Assembly (NCBI GenBank): GCA_963719945.1
Contig: CAVRDX010000003.1
Span: 128,001 to 192,000, forward strand
DNA from: an uncultured Thermoplasmata archaeon
GTDB taxonomy: Archaea; Thermoplasmatota; Thermoplasmata; UBA10834
Length of the DNA: 64,000 bases
Direction: 5' to 3'
The position numbers and the translations under genes are program-made. The notes beneath the pieces were generated by a model. That model did not search any database and was not told the DNA's origin. It worked only from the letters and a program-made list of their open reading frames with translations. Below, in pieces: positions 27,400 to 37,449 of the stretch; positions within the stretch are counted from its first letter, which is position 1; each line of letters begins with the position of its first letter.

Positions 27400-28642
27400 T
27401 CACTGGACCTGTGGGACTGTAATCACAGCGTCCATAATAAAGGTCACCTTGGATGATGGCCCTAGTTCCGATATTGCGGCATCGATCGCTTCCTGCAGAG
27501 TGGCCATAGGTACCATATGAGCTTTCTTGGCGATCGCAGGGTCCAGTTTGGTCACGGCCATCATCTTGCACTTGAGGCCTATCTCAGCCATCTTACCTGC
27601 TTTGTGATACCCTAGTTTGTATGTGTGGGATATCTTGTCTAATACATCCTTTGGGGTATTTGCGCTCCCAAGGAGATTAAGGAATGTTTCCGGACCCACC
27701 CCGGTTCTGCAGGCGCTGACCAGTATGATTACCCCACCGTCTCGCACTGCGTATTTTGCATTGTCCAACGCCTTCTGCGATTGATAAAGGTCGATATCAT
27801 ACGGGAACGCGGTCACCGCCACCACGACATCTGCTTTCTCCTTGAGCTTGATGACGAATACCTCATCCGCCTTCTTGACACCGCCTCTGAACGCTCGTTT
27901 CAGGTCACCGGCAGATGCATGGCATATCTTGTGATGCTTGTCCAGAACAACCATTATTGTGAAAATGCGTTTATCTTTCAGAGCTTGGACGACTTCCTCC
28001 ATATCCTCATGTACGGGGTTCCCTTTCAATCTAAGGGACTGAGCTTCCATCTTAAGAGCCAGCTTATGGTTCTGCTCTATAGTCTCATATGCTGCCACGC
28101 CTGGCAGGAACGATTTCCTGCCCCCGGTATATCCTGCGAAGTAATGTGGCTCGACGCTGCTTATCACGAGGATCCTGTCTGCATCCATGACCTTACGGTT
28201 CAATCTGAGTTCCGTCCCGTTCTTCGAGGTCCCGATGAATATCATTTCGCTATTCCTCGAATCGTGGGCTTCTACCCTGTCCTTGATCCGATCATACATT
28301 TCCCCGAAGATGAACCGATACTCTTCCTCCGTTGGGGCCCGATGCATGCCAGTCGCTATGAGATAACTGACATCCACATTTCTCAAGATGTGCGTCGATT
28401 GCATCGAGTATGCGTCCTGTCGGAGTGGGTCTGGTCGCATCGTTCACTATCACTAAGACGTTCTTGGCTCCTTTCAAGAAGTTATCGAGGTTGTCCGAGC
28501 CAACGGGGTTGGCTATTGCGTATTCGAGAAGTCTGCCTTCATCGACTGGTGGCAACTCCTTAGGGTGCACAATCTCGCCGATGTTCGCGTCCGGGAGATC
28601 AACGATCTCCTTTCCGTCCCCATACTTAACTTCTATGCGCAT
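27400..28642 (-). pseudogene. larA: Nickel-dependent lactate racemase LarA family, frameshifted at ~28380
   Basis: The N-terminal part (YG, VNDATRPTP) is in ORF 28292-28642 and the C-terminal part (IATGMHR, HD, PHYFAGYTGGRKS, DLYQSQK) is in ORF 27400-28440. Removing one A from GAGAAATGTG joins them as HLENVDVSY. Confidence 0.8.
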
Positions 28643-28766
28643 GCGGAATACCGGCGAGCAATAGAGCTTCCTGTATTAGTACGTTAAGGTTTGTCACGGT
28701 AAGCGTAGGGGCTCCTCGGTCAGGTCTTAAGAAGGCTTAATTACGTCATATGAATCTGTATCGCTC

Positions 28767-29744
28767 ATGAAGACTCTCGGGACCCTTGGTGAGCGCGAGG
28801 CCATAAGGGTTATCGACAGGATCGTCAAGAGCGATGTCCCTGTAGGTATCGGGGATGACTGCGCAGCTATGGACATTGGCGACAAGTATCTGCTGGTAAC
28901 CACGGACATGATGGTCACCAAGACACATATCCCGAAGGGCATGGGTCCCTATGACATCGGCTGGTCGCTGGTGGCCGTGAACCTGAGCGACATCGCCGCA
29001 ATGGGTGGCAGGCCCCTGGGCTTAGTGACTGCAATAGGCATAACCAAGGGCCATCCAATTGACTTCCTTGAGCAGATGGTCGATGGGATGAATGACTGTG
29101 CCCTCAGGTTCGGTACTTCGATTGTGGGCGGAGACACCAAGGAACACGAAGATCTGATTCTCTGTGGAACGGCGGTTGGTGAGGTCGACAAGGACAAAAT
29201 CCTGCTCCGGAAGGGCGCGAGGCCGGGGGATTTGATTGTAGTCACTGGTTGTCTTGGTAAGGCAGGCTCCGGATTCTATTCATTAAAGCGTGGTCTCAAC
29301 CTGAAGGAGGCTGAGGACAAACTCAAAAGACCATGGCCGAGGATAAAGGAAGGTCTGGCGCTGGGAGCTTCGGGTTATGTCACTTCCTGTATGGATATCT
29401 CAGATGGTCTTTCTGCATCCATATTCGAGCTGTCCAGAAACTCGGGATTGACCCACGAGATTGACTATGCTCTGGTTCCAAAGGCTTCAGAGGTTTGTCA
29501 GGCATTCCAGGATGCCGAACGCCAGAAGGACCTGGTACTCAATTTCGGTGACGATTTCGAGCTTCTGTTTACCATAAAGAGGGATCACGAGGCCGACCTC
29601 GCAACTCTGTCAGAACAGATTGGCTGCCCTTTGACAGTCATTGGCAAAGTGACGAGTGGTGAGGAGAACATACTTATTGACAATGGAATGAGGGCGAAAC
29701 TGGAGAATCTCGGATATGAGCATTTCCGAATTCGCAAGGCATGA
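28767..29744 (+). CDS. thiL: Thiamine-monophosphate kinase
   Basis: GIGDDCA, NLSDIAAMGG, VGGDT, MDISDGL, GDDFELLFT. Confidence 0.95.
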   Translation: MKTLGTLGEREAIRVIDRIVKSDVPVGIGDDCAAMDIGDKYLLVTTDMMVTKTHIPKGMGPYDIGWSLVAVNLSDIAAMGGRPLGLVTAIGITKGHPIDFLEQMVDGMNDCALRFGTSIVGGDTKEHEDLILCGTAVGEVDKDKILLRKGARPGDLIVVTGCLGKAGSGFYSLKRGLNLKEAEDKLKRPWPRIKEGLALGASGYVTSCMDISDGLSASIFELSRNSGLTHEIDYALVPKASEVCQAFQDAERQKDLVLNFGDDFELLFTIKRDHEADLATLSEQIGCPLTVIGKVTSGEENILIDNGMRAKLENLGYEHFRIRKA

Positions 29745-30744
29745 AGCACTCCATTATTCGGTCGAGGGGGACAAGGTCCGATGCAGCCTATGTCCTCATT
29801 CCTGCTTGATCTCCAACGGCAAACGAGGGATCTGCGGAGTGCGGGAACATCGTTCATCCAAGCTCTATTCGTTGATATATGGTAGAGCATCCTCGATCCA
29901 TCCTGACCCTATCGAGAAGAAGCCGCTGTTCCATTTCCTTCCGGGGACGACTGCAATCTCATTCGGGAGCGTAGGCTGCAACCTCTCATGCAGGCATTGT
30001 CAGAATTATAGCATCTCCCGAGCGGATCCATTCGATTCAGAGCTGGTAACCATTACGCCGGATGATGTGGTCCGCTATGCCAAGGATACAGGCGCGTCTT
30101 CAGTGTCCTGGACATACAACGAACCCATAATCTGGCATGAATTCACAACGGTTGCCTCCAAGGTCGCTCACGCCAATGGCCTGAAGACTAGCTATGTGAC
30201 GAATGGTTTCATACAAGAGACTCCACTCCGGGAACTCCGTGGCCTCATAGATGCCATGAACATCGATGTGAAGGGTTTTAGAGAGGCGTTCTACAAGAAT
30301 ATCTGCGGAGCCAGTCTTGAACCGATTCTCAGAACATGCGAGATAGCTCATGAGATGGATATTCACATAGAGCTGACATATCTCATAATCCCAAAGCATA
30401 ATGACACAGAAGCGGAGCTAGGTGAGTTCTCCCGGTGGGTGAACGACAAGCTGAGTCCCGAGATTCCAGTTCACTTCTCGGCTTTCCATCCTGATTACAG
30501 ACTCATGGACGTTCCGCGCACGCCGATATCCACATTGGATCGAGCGTATCGAATCGCGAAAGCTTCTGGTCTGGAATACGTGTATCTGGGGAATATCCAT
30601 GCAGCTGACAAGGACAACACATACTGTCCAGACTGCGGCTCTTTGATGATCGAACGCGATGGTTTCGTTGTATCAACGAACAAAACCAAGGACGGTGTCT
30701 GCAGCAAGTGCGGCAGATCGCTGAACCTGATAGTTGCACGCTAG
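29716..30744 (+). CDS. amrS: AmmeMemoRadiSam system radical SAM enzyme
   Basis: CSLCPHSC, DPIEKKPLFHF, GCNLSCRHCQN, TYNEP, YVYLGN, TYCPDCG. Confidence 0.9.
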   Translation: MSISEFARHEALHYSVEGDKVRCSLCPHSCLISNGKRGICGVREHRSSKLYSLIYGRASSIHPDPIEKKPLFHFLPGTTAISFGSVGCNLSCRHCQNYSISRADPFDSELVTITPDDVVRYAKDTGASSVSWTYNEPIIWHEFTTVASKVAHANGLKTSYVTNGFIQETPLRELRGLIDAMNIDVKGFREAFYKNICGASLEPILRTCEIAHEMDIHIELTYLIIPKHNDTEAELGEFSRWVNDKLSPEIPVHFSAFHPDYRLMDVPRTPISTLDRAYRIAKASGLEYVYLGNIHAADKDNTYCPDCGSLMIERDGFVVSTNKTKDGVCSKCGRSLNLIVAR

Positions 30745-30759
30745 GAGGATCATTCTGGG

Positions 30760-31410
30760 ATGGATGTTCAGTACGTCATCGAGGTCCTTAGAATGGAGTA
30801 TGGAGGGGATGGATGGTGGCCTTCCGAATCAGTCTTCGAAGTCACCGTGGGCGCCATACTGACACAGCGCGTATCCTGGAAGAACGTCAATATGGCCATT
30901 GCCAATCTAAAACGCGTCCATGTACTCGATCCACGGGCAATAATGGCGCTCGATGAATCGCGCTTGCAGGAACTGATCCGCCCATCGGGATTCTATAGGC
31001 AGAAATCTAGATATCTGAGGACATTCTGCGAATACATCCTCGATCGATATGATGGAGATCTCGATCGCATGAAGGGTATGCGGACAGCCCAGCTTCGTGG
31101 AGAACTGCTGTCGTTGGACGGTATCGGTCCAGAGACTGCCGATACGATACTCCTTTACGCGCTCGACCATCCAAGCTTCGTGGTGGATTCCTATGCATTC
31201 CGCCTCTTTGGTCGGCTAGAACTTGGTCTGGGTCGGTCATATGACAAGGTCAAGAACGAGGTGGAGGATGCGATTGGCAGAGATGTTCGAAAACTCTCCC
31301 TTGCGCATGCACTTGTCGTGACTCAGTGCAAGACACATTGTCTTTCAACCCCTCTATGTCTGGGTTGTCCACTTTGCGGGGATTGCCCTTCAGAGGTTCA
31401 TGAGGGGTAG
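30760..31410 (+). CDS. HhH-GPD DNA glycosylase (endonuclease III-related)
   Basis: WWP..S.FE..VGAILTQ, PSGFYRQK, GIGPETAD, VVDSY, C-terminal 4-Cys cluster motif. Confidence 0.85.
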   Translation: MDVQYVIEVLRMEYGGDGWWPSESVFEVTVGAILTQRVSWKNVNMAIANLKRVHVLDPRAIMALDESRLQELIRPSGFYRQKSRYLRTFCEYILDRYDGDLDRMKGMRTAQLRGELLSLDGIGPETADTILLYALDHPSFVVDSYAFRLFGRLELGLGRSYDKVKNEVEDAIGRDVRKLSLAHALVVTQCKTHCLSTPLCLGCPLCGDCPSEVHEG

Positions 31411-32283
31411 AAGTATATTGCCCACTATTGTCGTGAACACCAGACTTGCGAATATCGGGATGATGAAAGGCACCTTTGGAGTGACCCAGAGACGTTCATG
31501 ACCGGCAGCGACCAATTGCTCAACCTCCAATGCAAGCTCTTCCTTTCTCCGCGGTCTTGTGTGTCGTACATGGTTTCCGTCGACGATGTGTTCCATCAGC
31601 CAGACATGTTTCCCGCCGATGTCATCTGCATCCATCCTGTATCCGAGGAACGCATATGGTAATTCGAATTCTCTAGATGCGATGTTCTTCACAACGAATA
31701 GGATCGGGAGGAACACAACCAGAATCGCAGCGTTCACCAAAACGATGAACGAGAACGGGAAGAAGACCTCAGTATACCAATCTCCCAATGCAATTATCGG
31801 GAAGATATCGATCTGCGGATAGAATGGGAACATGATTGAGAGCGCAATCAATGCCTTCGCATCCGCCCCTCCGCGGATGATGTCGAAGGCATACATGACT
31901 ATTATCGCGAACATCATCACTGGGATTGTCAATAGGTGGAGGAAATATTTGTCATCCTTCCACATGTATGCGAGGATTATTGTGGATGCGATCGCGCAGC
32001 CATATTCGAGCAATGGAGCGAATCCTGACAATGGGCTATCCTCTCCGAAATCGATGTAGACATCGGCGAGAATGGCAAGGATGGGTATCAATATCAGAAT
32101 GTATTCAAGCCGGACTTCTTCGATGACCATCCTCAGCGAGAGGATGGCGATGGCAATCACGGATAGGACTATCCAGAATCGGTTGCTGACCCTTCTCGTC
32201 TTCAAATCGAGATATGATGCGTACCCGAGGATGGAACCTGCGGCGATTATTTGGATGATGGTTATGTATGTTGTATCGTCCAC
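31390..32283 (-). CDS. A24 prepilin/prearchaellin peptidase (FlaK/PibD family)
   Basis: ASYLDLKTR, GGADAK, WVTPKVPF; multiple TM helices. Confidence 0.9.
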   Translation of the reverse strand: MDDTTYITIIQIIAAGSILGYASYLDLKTRRVSNRFWIVLSVIAIAILSLRMVIEEVRLEYILILIPILAILADVYIDFGEDSPLSGFAPLLEYGCAIASTIILAYMWKDDKYFLHLLTIPVMMFAIIVMYAFDIIRGGADAKALIALSIMFPFYPQIDIFPIIALGDWYTEVFFPFSFIVLVNAAILVVFLPILFVVKNIASREFELPYAFLGYRMDADDIGGKHVWLMEHIVDGNHVRHTRPRRKEELALEVEQLVAAGHERLWVTPKVPFIIPIFASLVFTTIVGNILLPLMNL

Positions 32284-32367
32284 GCGAGAGCATTATTATG
32301 TCCATACTTAAGTCATTCGAGATTGCATTCGCAAGTCTGATTGTCTGATTCGACGATCATGGGCTCA

Positions 32368-33276
32368 TCATGCCAATTCTAGCCCCAGATCAATGGCCAT
32401 CCTGACTGCCCTTCCATGCTCTGCATTCGAGAGCTTGTGCTTTAGTTCGGGGTGCTCCGATGCCCTGTGTTCTGGTCTATATTGCCCCATAACGTTTACG
32501 ATGACATCCTCGAGATTATCCGATATCCATGTCAGTACTGGCATGGTGCAGCATTCCAGATGGCCGGGCAGGACGAGATGCCTTATGATCATCTCTGCAC
32601 CTTCTCTTGCTATGAGATGATTCCTCTTTACTATTCTCATATACTCTGGGACATTGGACAACCTTAGCGCGCACGCGTCGTTCCCATACTTGAAATCTGA
32701 AAGATATATGTCTATTACACCATTCAATAATCCCATCGCATCATCCGTCATGTACATGTTTGAGTTCCAGATTTGAGGAAGATTAACATCGCAATTCTTC
32801 ATAGTCTCAAGCACATAATGGGTGTGGGCTGTCGGGTCGCCTCCCACCCAGTTGACATTCCTTGAACCTTGAACCGCTCTTCTCTTGATGATCGCTGCCA
32901 ATGCATCTGGCAGAATCTCAGCCCCAGATTCCGGACTGGTGCTGATATCCCAGTTCTGACAATATGAGCAATCGAAAGTGCAGCCTGTGAAGAATATCGT
33001 GTGGGATGGTATCAGATCCGTTTCCTCTCCCATATGCAGAAACTCGGCCGATATTCTGGTATTGAGGACGCCACAGTGACCTCTCTCTCCTTTGGATCGA
33101 TCTACGCCGCATCGTCGCTCACAGAACCCACAGTGTCTTAGCATGGCCCCCGCTCTCTCAAGCTTCGCATGCATAGATGCGTCTGATCTCTCTGGGTGCG
33201 ATTTTGCGATCAGGTAGCGCGCTTTGGACTTCCCATCCAGTATTGAATTGTAGTGTGTCAGGGCCTTCGAAACCAT
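32368..33276 (-). CDS. Radical SAM protein, PflX-like
   Basis: CGFCERRCGVDR, HMGEE..LIPSHTIFFTGCTFDCSYCQNWDIS, WNSNMY, DFKYG, RHLVLPGH. Confidence 0.88.
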   Translation of the reverse strand: MVSKALTHYNSILDGKSKARYLIAKSHPERSDASMHAKLERAGAMLRHCGFCERRCGVDRSKGERGHCGVLNTRISAEFLHMGEETDLIPSHTIFFTGCTFDCSYCQNWDISTSPESGAEILPDALAAIIKRRAVQGSRNVNWVGGDPTAHTHYVLETMKNCDVNLPQIWNSNMYMTDDAMGLLNGVIDIYLSDFKYGNDACALRLSNVPEYMRIVKRNHLIAREGAEMIIRHLVLPGHLECCTMPVLTWISDNLEDVIVNVMGQYRPEHRASEHPELKHKLSNAEHGRAVRMAIDLGLELA

Positions 33277-33334
33277 CTATCGTGTATCTGTCTCTGCACA
33301 GATTAAATAGCTATATCGCCAGTGCCTTCACTGG

Positions 33335-34309
33335 ATGCAATCAGATTCTCTGGAGTCGATCCCTGACATATGGCAATCCACATACGATATCATCTCACAG
33401 GTGCCCAAAGGAAGGATAACCACTTATGGTGCGGTTGCCAGGGCCTTGGGCGATATCATCGCAAGCAGGTTCGTCGGCCTTGCTGTCAGTCAGAACGAAA
33501 ACAGGTGTAGAGTCCCCTTTCATAGAGTCATCAGTTCGAACGGCCAAATCGGAGGGCATTCCCGAAACTCCTCTGAACGGAAGAGTGCTCTGCTCGAAGT
33601 TGAAGGGATAGATGTCAGCTCAGGAAAAGTGCATGACCTGGAATCTGTCCTGTTCGACGAATTCGAAACAACCTACCCTCTACAAGAATTGAAACAGCGT
33701 CAGAGAGTACTCAGGCGGAAGGTAGCGATTCCTTCAAGAGACATCGGGGTCGATCATATCGCAGGAATCGATGTCGCATACTCTGGTGACCAGGCCTTTG
33801 TATCCCTTGTCATATTCGATGCGGGTACTGGCGATGAGGTCGAGCGGCGTGTCCTCGAGAACAATGTAGGGTTCCCTTATATTCCGTCTTATTTGGCATT
33901 TCGAGAATTGCCATTGATCATGCCCCTGTCGAATTCGTTGAACGAGCGGACAGTTCTGATTTATGACGGGAATGGGACACTACACCCTGAGCGATTCGGC
34001 ATTGCCTGTCATGCAGGCGTGGAACTGGGAATCCCAACAATAGGTGTCGCCAAGAAGCTACTCTGTGGAACCCCGTGCGGTAGGTCATTCAAGAACGCCC
34101 GAGAGGTCAGGCTGAATGATGAGGTCGTTGGGTATGAGTATTCCACGAGCGGGTCGGGAAGACCGATATACGTGTCGGCGGGCAACGGCATATCTCAGAA
34201 ACAGGCACTGACTATTGTTGGGAGAATGACGGGGCATCGTATACCTGAGCCCACACGGCTAGCTCATATTGCCGCGGGCAATGCGCGTCGGGCGAAAACT
34301 CACAAATAG
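33335..34309 (+). CDS. Alkyltransferase-like (MGMT-family) domain fused to endonuclease V
   Basis: VPKGRITTYGAVA, PFHRV; then AGIDVAY, PYIPSYLAFRE, DGNGTLHP, GVAK, PEPTRLAH. Confidence 0.9.
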   Translation: MQSDSLESIPDIWQSTYDIISQVPKGRITTYGAVARALGDIIASRFVGLAVSQNENRCRVPFHRVISSNGQIGGHSRNSSERKSALLEVEGIDVSSGKVHDLESVLFDEFETTYPLQELKQRQRVLRRKVAIPSRDIGVDHIAGIDVAYSGDQAFVSLVIFDAGTGDEVERRVLENNVGFPYIPSYLAFRELPLIMPLSNSLNERTVLIYDGNGTLHPERFGIACHAGVELGIPTIGVAKKLLCGTPCGRSFKNAREVRLNDEVVGYEYSTSGSGRPIYVSAGNGISQKQALTIVGRMTGHRIPEPTRLAHIAAGNARRAKTHK

Positions 34310-34333
34310 ACGGGTCACAGTGGGTGTCAATCG

Positions 34334-35248
34334 ATGCGTATCTGCGTGTTTGGTGCGGGCTCCCTTGGCAGTGCGATAGGGGGATTGTTATCATCGAAGC
34401 ATGAGCTTACCCTGGTGGGTAGGGACCCTCACATCGGTGCGATCAATAGCAGCGGATTGAGAATCACGGGTAGCCGAAATCTGTCCGTCTCCCTAGATGC
34501 AAGGACGACAATTGCCGGAATTCCTCAGCCAGAATTATTGATAATCACGGTCAAAGCCTTTGATACAGAATCTGCCATTGCTATCTGTCGACCCATGATC
34601 GGAGAGGATACCATGGTGCTCACTCTCCAGAATGGACTGGGAAATCTCGAAGCATTGAGATCCTGGAAAGGCGCGAAGGCTTTTGGCGGATCGACGACCT
34701 TGGGCGCGATGCTCGAATCACCAGGCACTGTTCGCCTCTCCGGACTCGGAAGGACGGTTATCGGATCCGATATCGATCCAGATGGCGCATCTGAGATTGC
34801 CAACGCACTATCCGAATCAGGAATCCCGGCGACTACTGGCGAGAATGTTATTAGGGAGATATGGTCAAAAGCAATCGTGAGCGCTTCGATAAACCCTCTG
34901 ACTGCGGTATTGCGCATCTCGAACGGGGAACTGTTGGTTAGCGATGTTATATCGCGCTTGATGGATGAAGTGTGCTCGGAATGTGTTGCCATCGCCAATG
35001 CAGCTGGGATACCCCTCCCGCTTGGACCCATGCCTGAGCGAGTACGCCAGGTGGCGAAGGAGACATCCTCGAACAGGTCGAGTATGTTGAGGGATATCGA
35101 ATTGGGTAGAAGAACAGAGATCCATCAGATAACTGGCATCATGTGCAAGTACGCTGCATCTCTTGCCGTGCCTGCACCTCTGAATCGCACATTATTGGCC
35201 ATGGTCGAATCGCTGGCTGTCCCTCGTGGAGAAAGGTTAATATCGTAA
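34334..35248 (+). CDS. panE: Ketopantoate reductase
   Basis: VFGAGSLGS, TVKAFD, LQNGLGN, WSKAIV..SINPLTA, SSMLRDIELGRRTEI. Confidence 0.92.
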   Translation: MRICVFGAGSLGSAIGGLLSSKHELTLVGRDPHIGAINSSGLRITGSRNLSVSLDARTTIAGIPQPELLIITVKAFDTESAIAICRPMIGEDTMVLTLQNGLGNLEALRSWKGAKAFGGSTTLGAMLESPGTVRLSGLGRTVIGSDIDPDGASEIANALSESGIPATTGENVIREIWSKAIVSASINPLTAVLRISNGELLVSDVISRLMDEVCSECVAIANAAGIPLPLGPMPERVRQVAKETSSNRSSMLRDIELGRRTEIHQITGIMCKYAASLAVPAPLNRTLLAMVESLAVPRGERLIS

Positions 35249-35275
35249 CAAGCTACTCTTCCGCACCGTGATAAG

Positions 35276-35914
35276 ATGGTAGATGTGAAGGAGCTAGCCG
35301 CCAACGCCAAAGTGCTCAGGAAGAAAGGCCTGAGTGTGAGGGAGATAGCCGACGAATTGCACCTTTCTATTGATACGGTCAACTATCTGATTGAGTATGG
35401 GGCGGAAGGATTGCCGCCATCCGATGTGAAGATCGGATGGAGATCCATTGGAGTGTCTGGTTACAGGATCGGACTCCTGTCCGAAATGCTTGCAGACATC
35501 GCCCTTGAGGAACTCTCGAAGAGGGACAAACTGGCAGATGTGATCCTCGGCATATCCATCAACGGAATCCCGTTCGCTACGAAGCTGTCCGAGATAATGG
35601 ACCTCGACTTCGGGGTATATAGACCGCATTCGGAGACAGAATCCGGCGGAGCTTTCAGCTCGAACTTCGCATCTCCGGGTGATGGTAAGAAGATCATCGT
35701 GATTGATGATGTTCTTAGCACTGGCGCAACGATCAAAGGTGCCATTACAGATATCCGCGAGGCTGGAGGAGACCCGGTCCTGGTCCTTGTCATTGTCAAC
35801 AAGAGCAGCCTGAACGAGATCGATGGTGTGCCGCTCAGAGGACTTATCCGATCGAGATCTCTCGGCGGTACGATCCTCGGAGGAGCTGCCAAGAAAGGCT
35901 TCCCGTACGATTAG
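35276..35914 (+). CDS. gfcR: HTH-phosphoribosyltransferase-like regulator (GfcR/PyrE-like)
   Basis: GLSVREIADELHLS HTH, DVKIGWRSIG, SSNFA, VIDDVLSTG. Confidence 0.8.
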   Translation: MVDVKELAANAKVLRKKGLSVREIADELHLSIDTVNYLIEYGAEGLPPSDVKIGWRSIGVSGYRIGLLSEMLADIALEELSKRDKLADVILGISINGIPFATKLSEIMDLDFGVYRPHSETESGGAFSSNFASPGDGKKIIVIDDVLSTGATIKGAITDIREAGGDPVLVLVIVNKSSLNEIDGVPLRGLIRSRSLGGTILGGAAKKGFPYD

Positions 35915-37134
35915 AATTTCTTCGCGGAGAGCCTGAGAGCCTCTAGGACGGGCATAGATTTGCCCAGCATGAATCGTTCTAGGGCACCTCCTCCCGTGCT
36001 GCAGTATGAGAATCTGCCCATGAGACCCAGCTTGTTAGCTGCTGCACTGGAATGCCCTCCACCAATAACTGAGAACGCCCCTGATTCCACTATCGCTTCG
36101 TAGATTGCCTTTGTCCCAGTCGCGAAGGCCTCCCTCTCGAAGACTCCGGGCGGTCCAGATAGGAATATGGTTTTTGATTTGAGTATTATCTCGGAGTATG
36201 TAGTGATGGTCTTGGGTCCTATGTCTAGGATCCCAGCATCGACTGGTAGTTCATCGATATCGAACTCAGCTCGTGCTCCGTCGACGTCTATTGCTGCATC
36301 TGAGGGTAGGATGATCTTATCAGAATGCTTTTCGTAGAGTCTCCTTGCAGACTCAGCAACCTCGGACCCTGCCACATCCTTCTCGATGAGTCTTTCCGTT
36401 TTCGAGCCAACTCTCTTCCCGAGACACCATAGGAATCCGTAGCCTGCAAGTCCCGCCACCAAGATGTGGTCCACATTGTCCTCCTCGACAAGTTTGGAGA
36501 TCGCCTGCAGCGCATCGGAGAGTTTCTTCCCTCCGAATATATAGGTCGATGGTCTCTTGGGATTCTGGAATACTTCGGTGAGAGTCGACACTTCCTTCTC
36601 AAGGAGTCTCCCCGCGGCAGAAGGCATCGCACTCGCGAACCCCACCAGCGAGGCGTGAGTTCTATGGGATGATGCGAAAGCATCATTGATGAATATGTCG
36701 AATTTTGGCGCGAGCTCCTTCACGAGCTCTGATTGGGCATGCTCATCGGGAGTCCGACTGAGCTGCTCCTCAGAGAAGAATCTGACATTCTTCATCAGGA
36801 TGCACTCACCCTCGGTCATGCCGTCTATGATCTTCTGAGCGTATCCGCCGAACAAGTCATCGACATACTTGACCTTCCGTCCGAGATACTTCGTAAGATA
36901 GTTCGCGTGCTCGTTCAGTGGTATGAAATCATAATCGCCGGGTCTTCCTTGGTGAGCCAGGACGACTACCTTGGCCCCGCGGTCGAGTAGCTCTCTGATG
37001 GTTGGGACGGAAGACAATATCTTCGACCCATCTTCAAGCATCAGGGTCTTTTCATCCACAGGCGAATTGATGTCGACTCTTAGAAGCACCTTCTTGCCAT
37101 GCAGGTCAAAGTCATCCAGTGTATTGAAACCCAT
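35911..37134 (-). CDS. pgk: Phosphoglycerate kinase
   Basis: LRVDINSP, AHQGRPG, NVRF, NDAF..SHR, DIGP, GGGH, STGGGA; start moved to ATG 37134. Confidence 0.95.
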   Translation of the reverse strand: MGFNTLDDFDLHGKKVLLRVDINSPVDEKTLMLEDGSKILSSVPTIRELLDRGAKVVVLAHQGRPGDYDFIPLNEHANYLTKYLGRKVKYVDDLFGGYAQKIIDGMTEGECILMKNVRFFSEEQLSRTPDEHAQSELVKELAPKFDIFINDAFASSHRTHASLVGFASAMPSAAGRLLEKEVSTLTEVFQNPKRPSTYIFGGKKLSDALQAISKLVEEDNVDHILVAGLAGYGFLWCLGKRVGSKTERLIEKDVAGSEVAESARRLYEKHSDKIILPSDAAIDVDGARAEFDIDELPVDAGILDIGPKTITTYSEIILKSKTIFLSGPPGVFEREAFATGTKAIYEAIVESGAFSVIGGGHSSAAANKLGLMGRFSYCSTGGGALERFMLGKSMPVLEALRLSAKKF

Positions 37135-37449
37135 CCGACTCGCCCCCTCACATATCCTGTCGGAGACTGTCCCCTTATGATGCCTGTTGCTCGTGTGAAT
37201 CGGTCCGCGCTTGTGCGCCGAACCTCCTGAACCGTTCTTCAACACCGGAGCCCCCATGCTCCGGCAAAGCCGGAACAGACTGCGGAAATCATCTGGTGTA
37301 CCACAATGAACGTTCCATATAAATCCTTGGCGACGCTATCAACGAGTGGAAGCAGATAGAAAGTATTTAGATGGGGAGTGGCGATTGGTAAATGTGGATG
37401 CGTTTAACAGCGGTTTTTGCCACAATGATTCAAGAAAGGAGTGTTTGAT

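Noticed and set aside
28370-28395. Programmed frameshift in larA
   Set aside because: There is only a 3-A run and no clear slippery heptamer or stimulatory structure; a mutation or sequencing error is more parsimonious.
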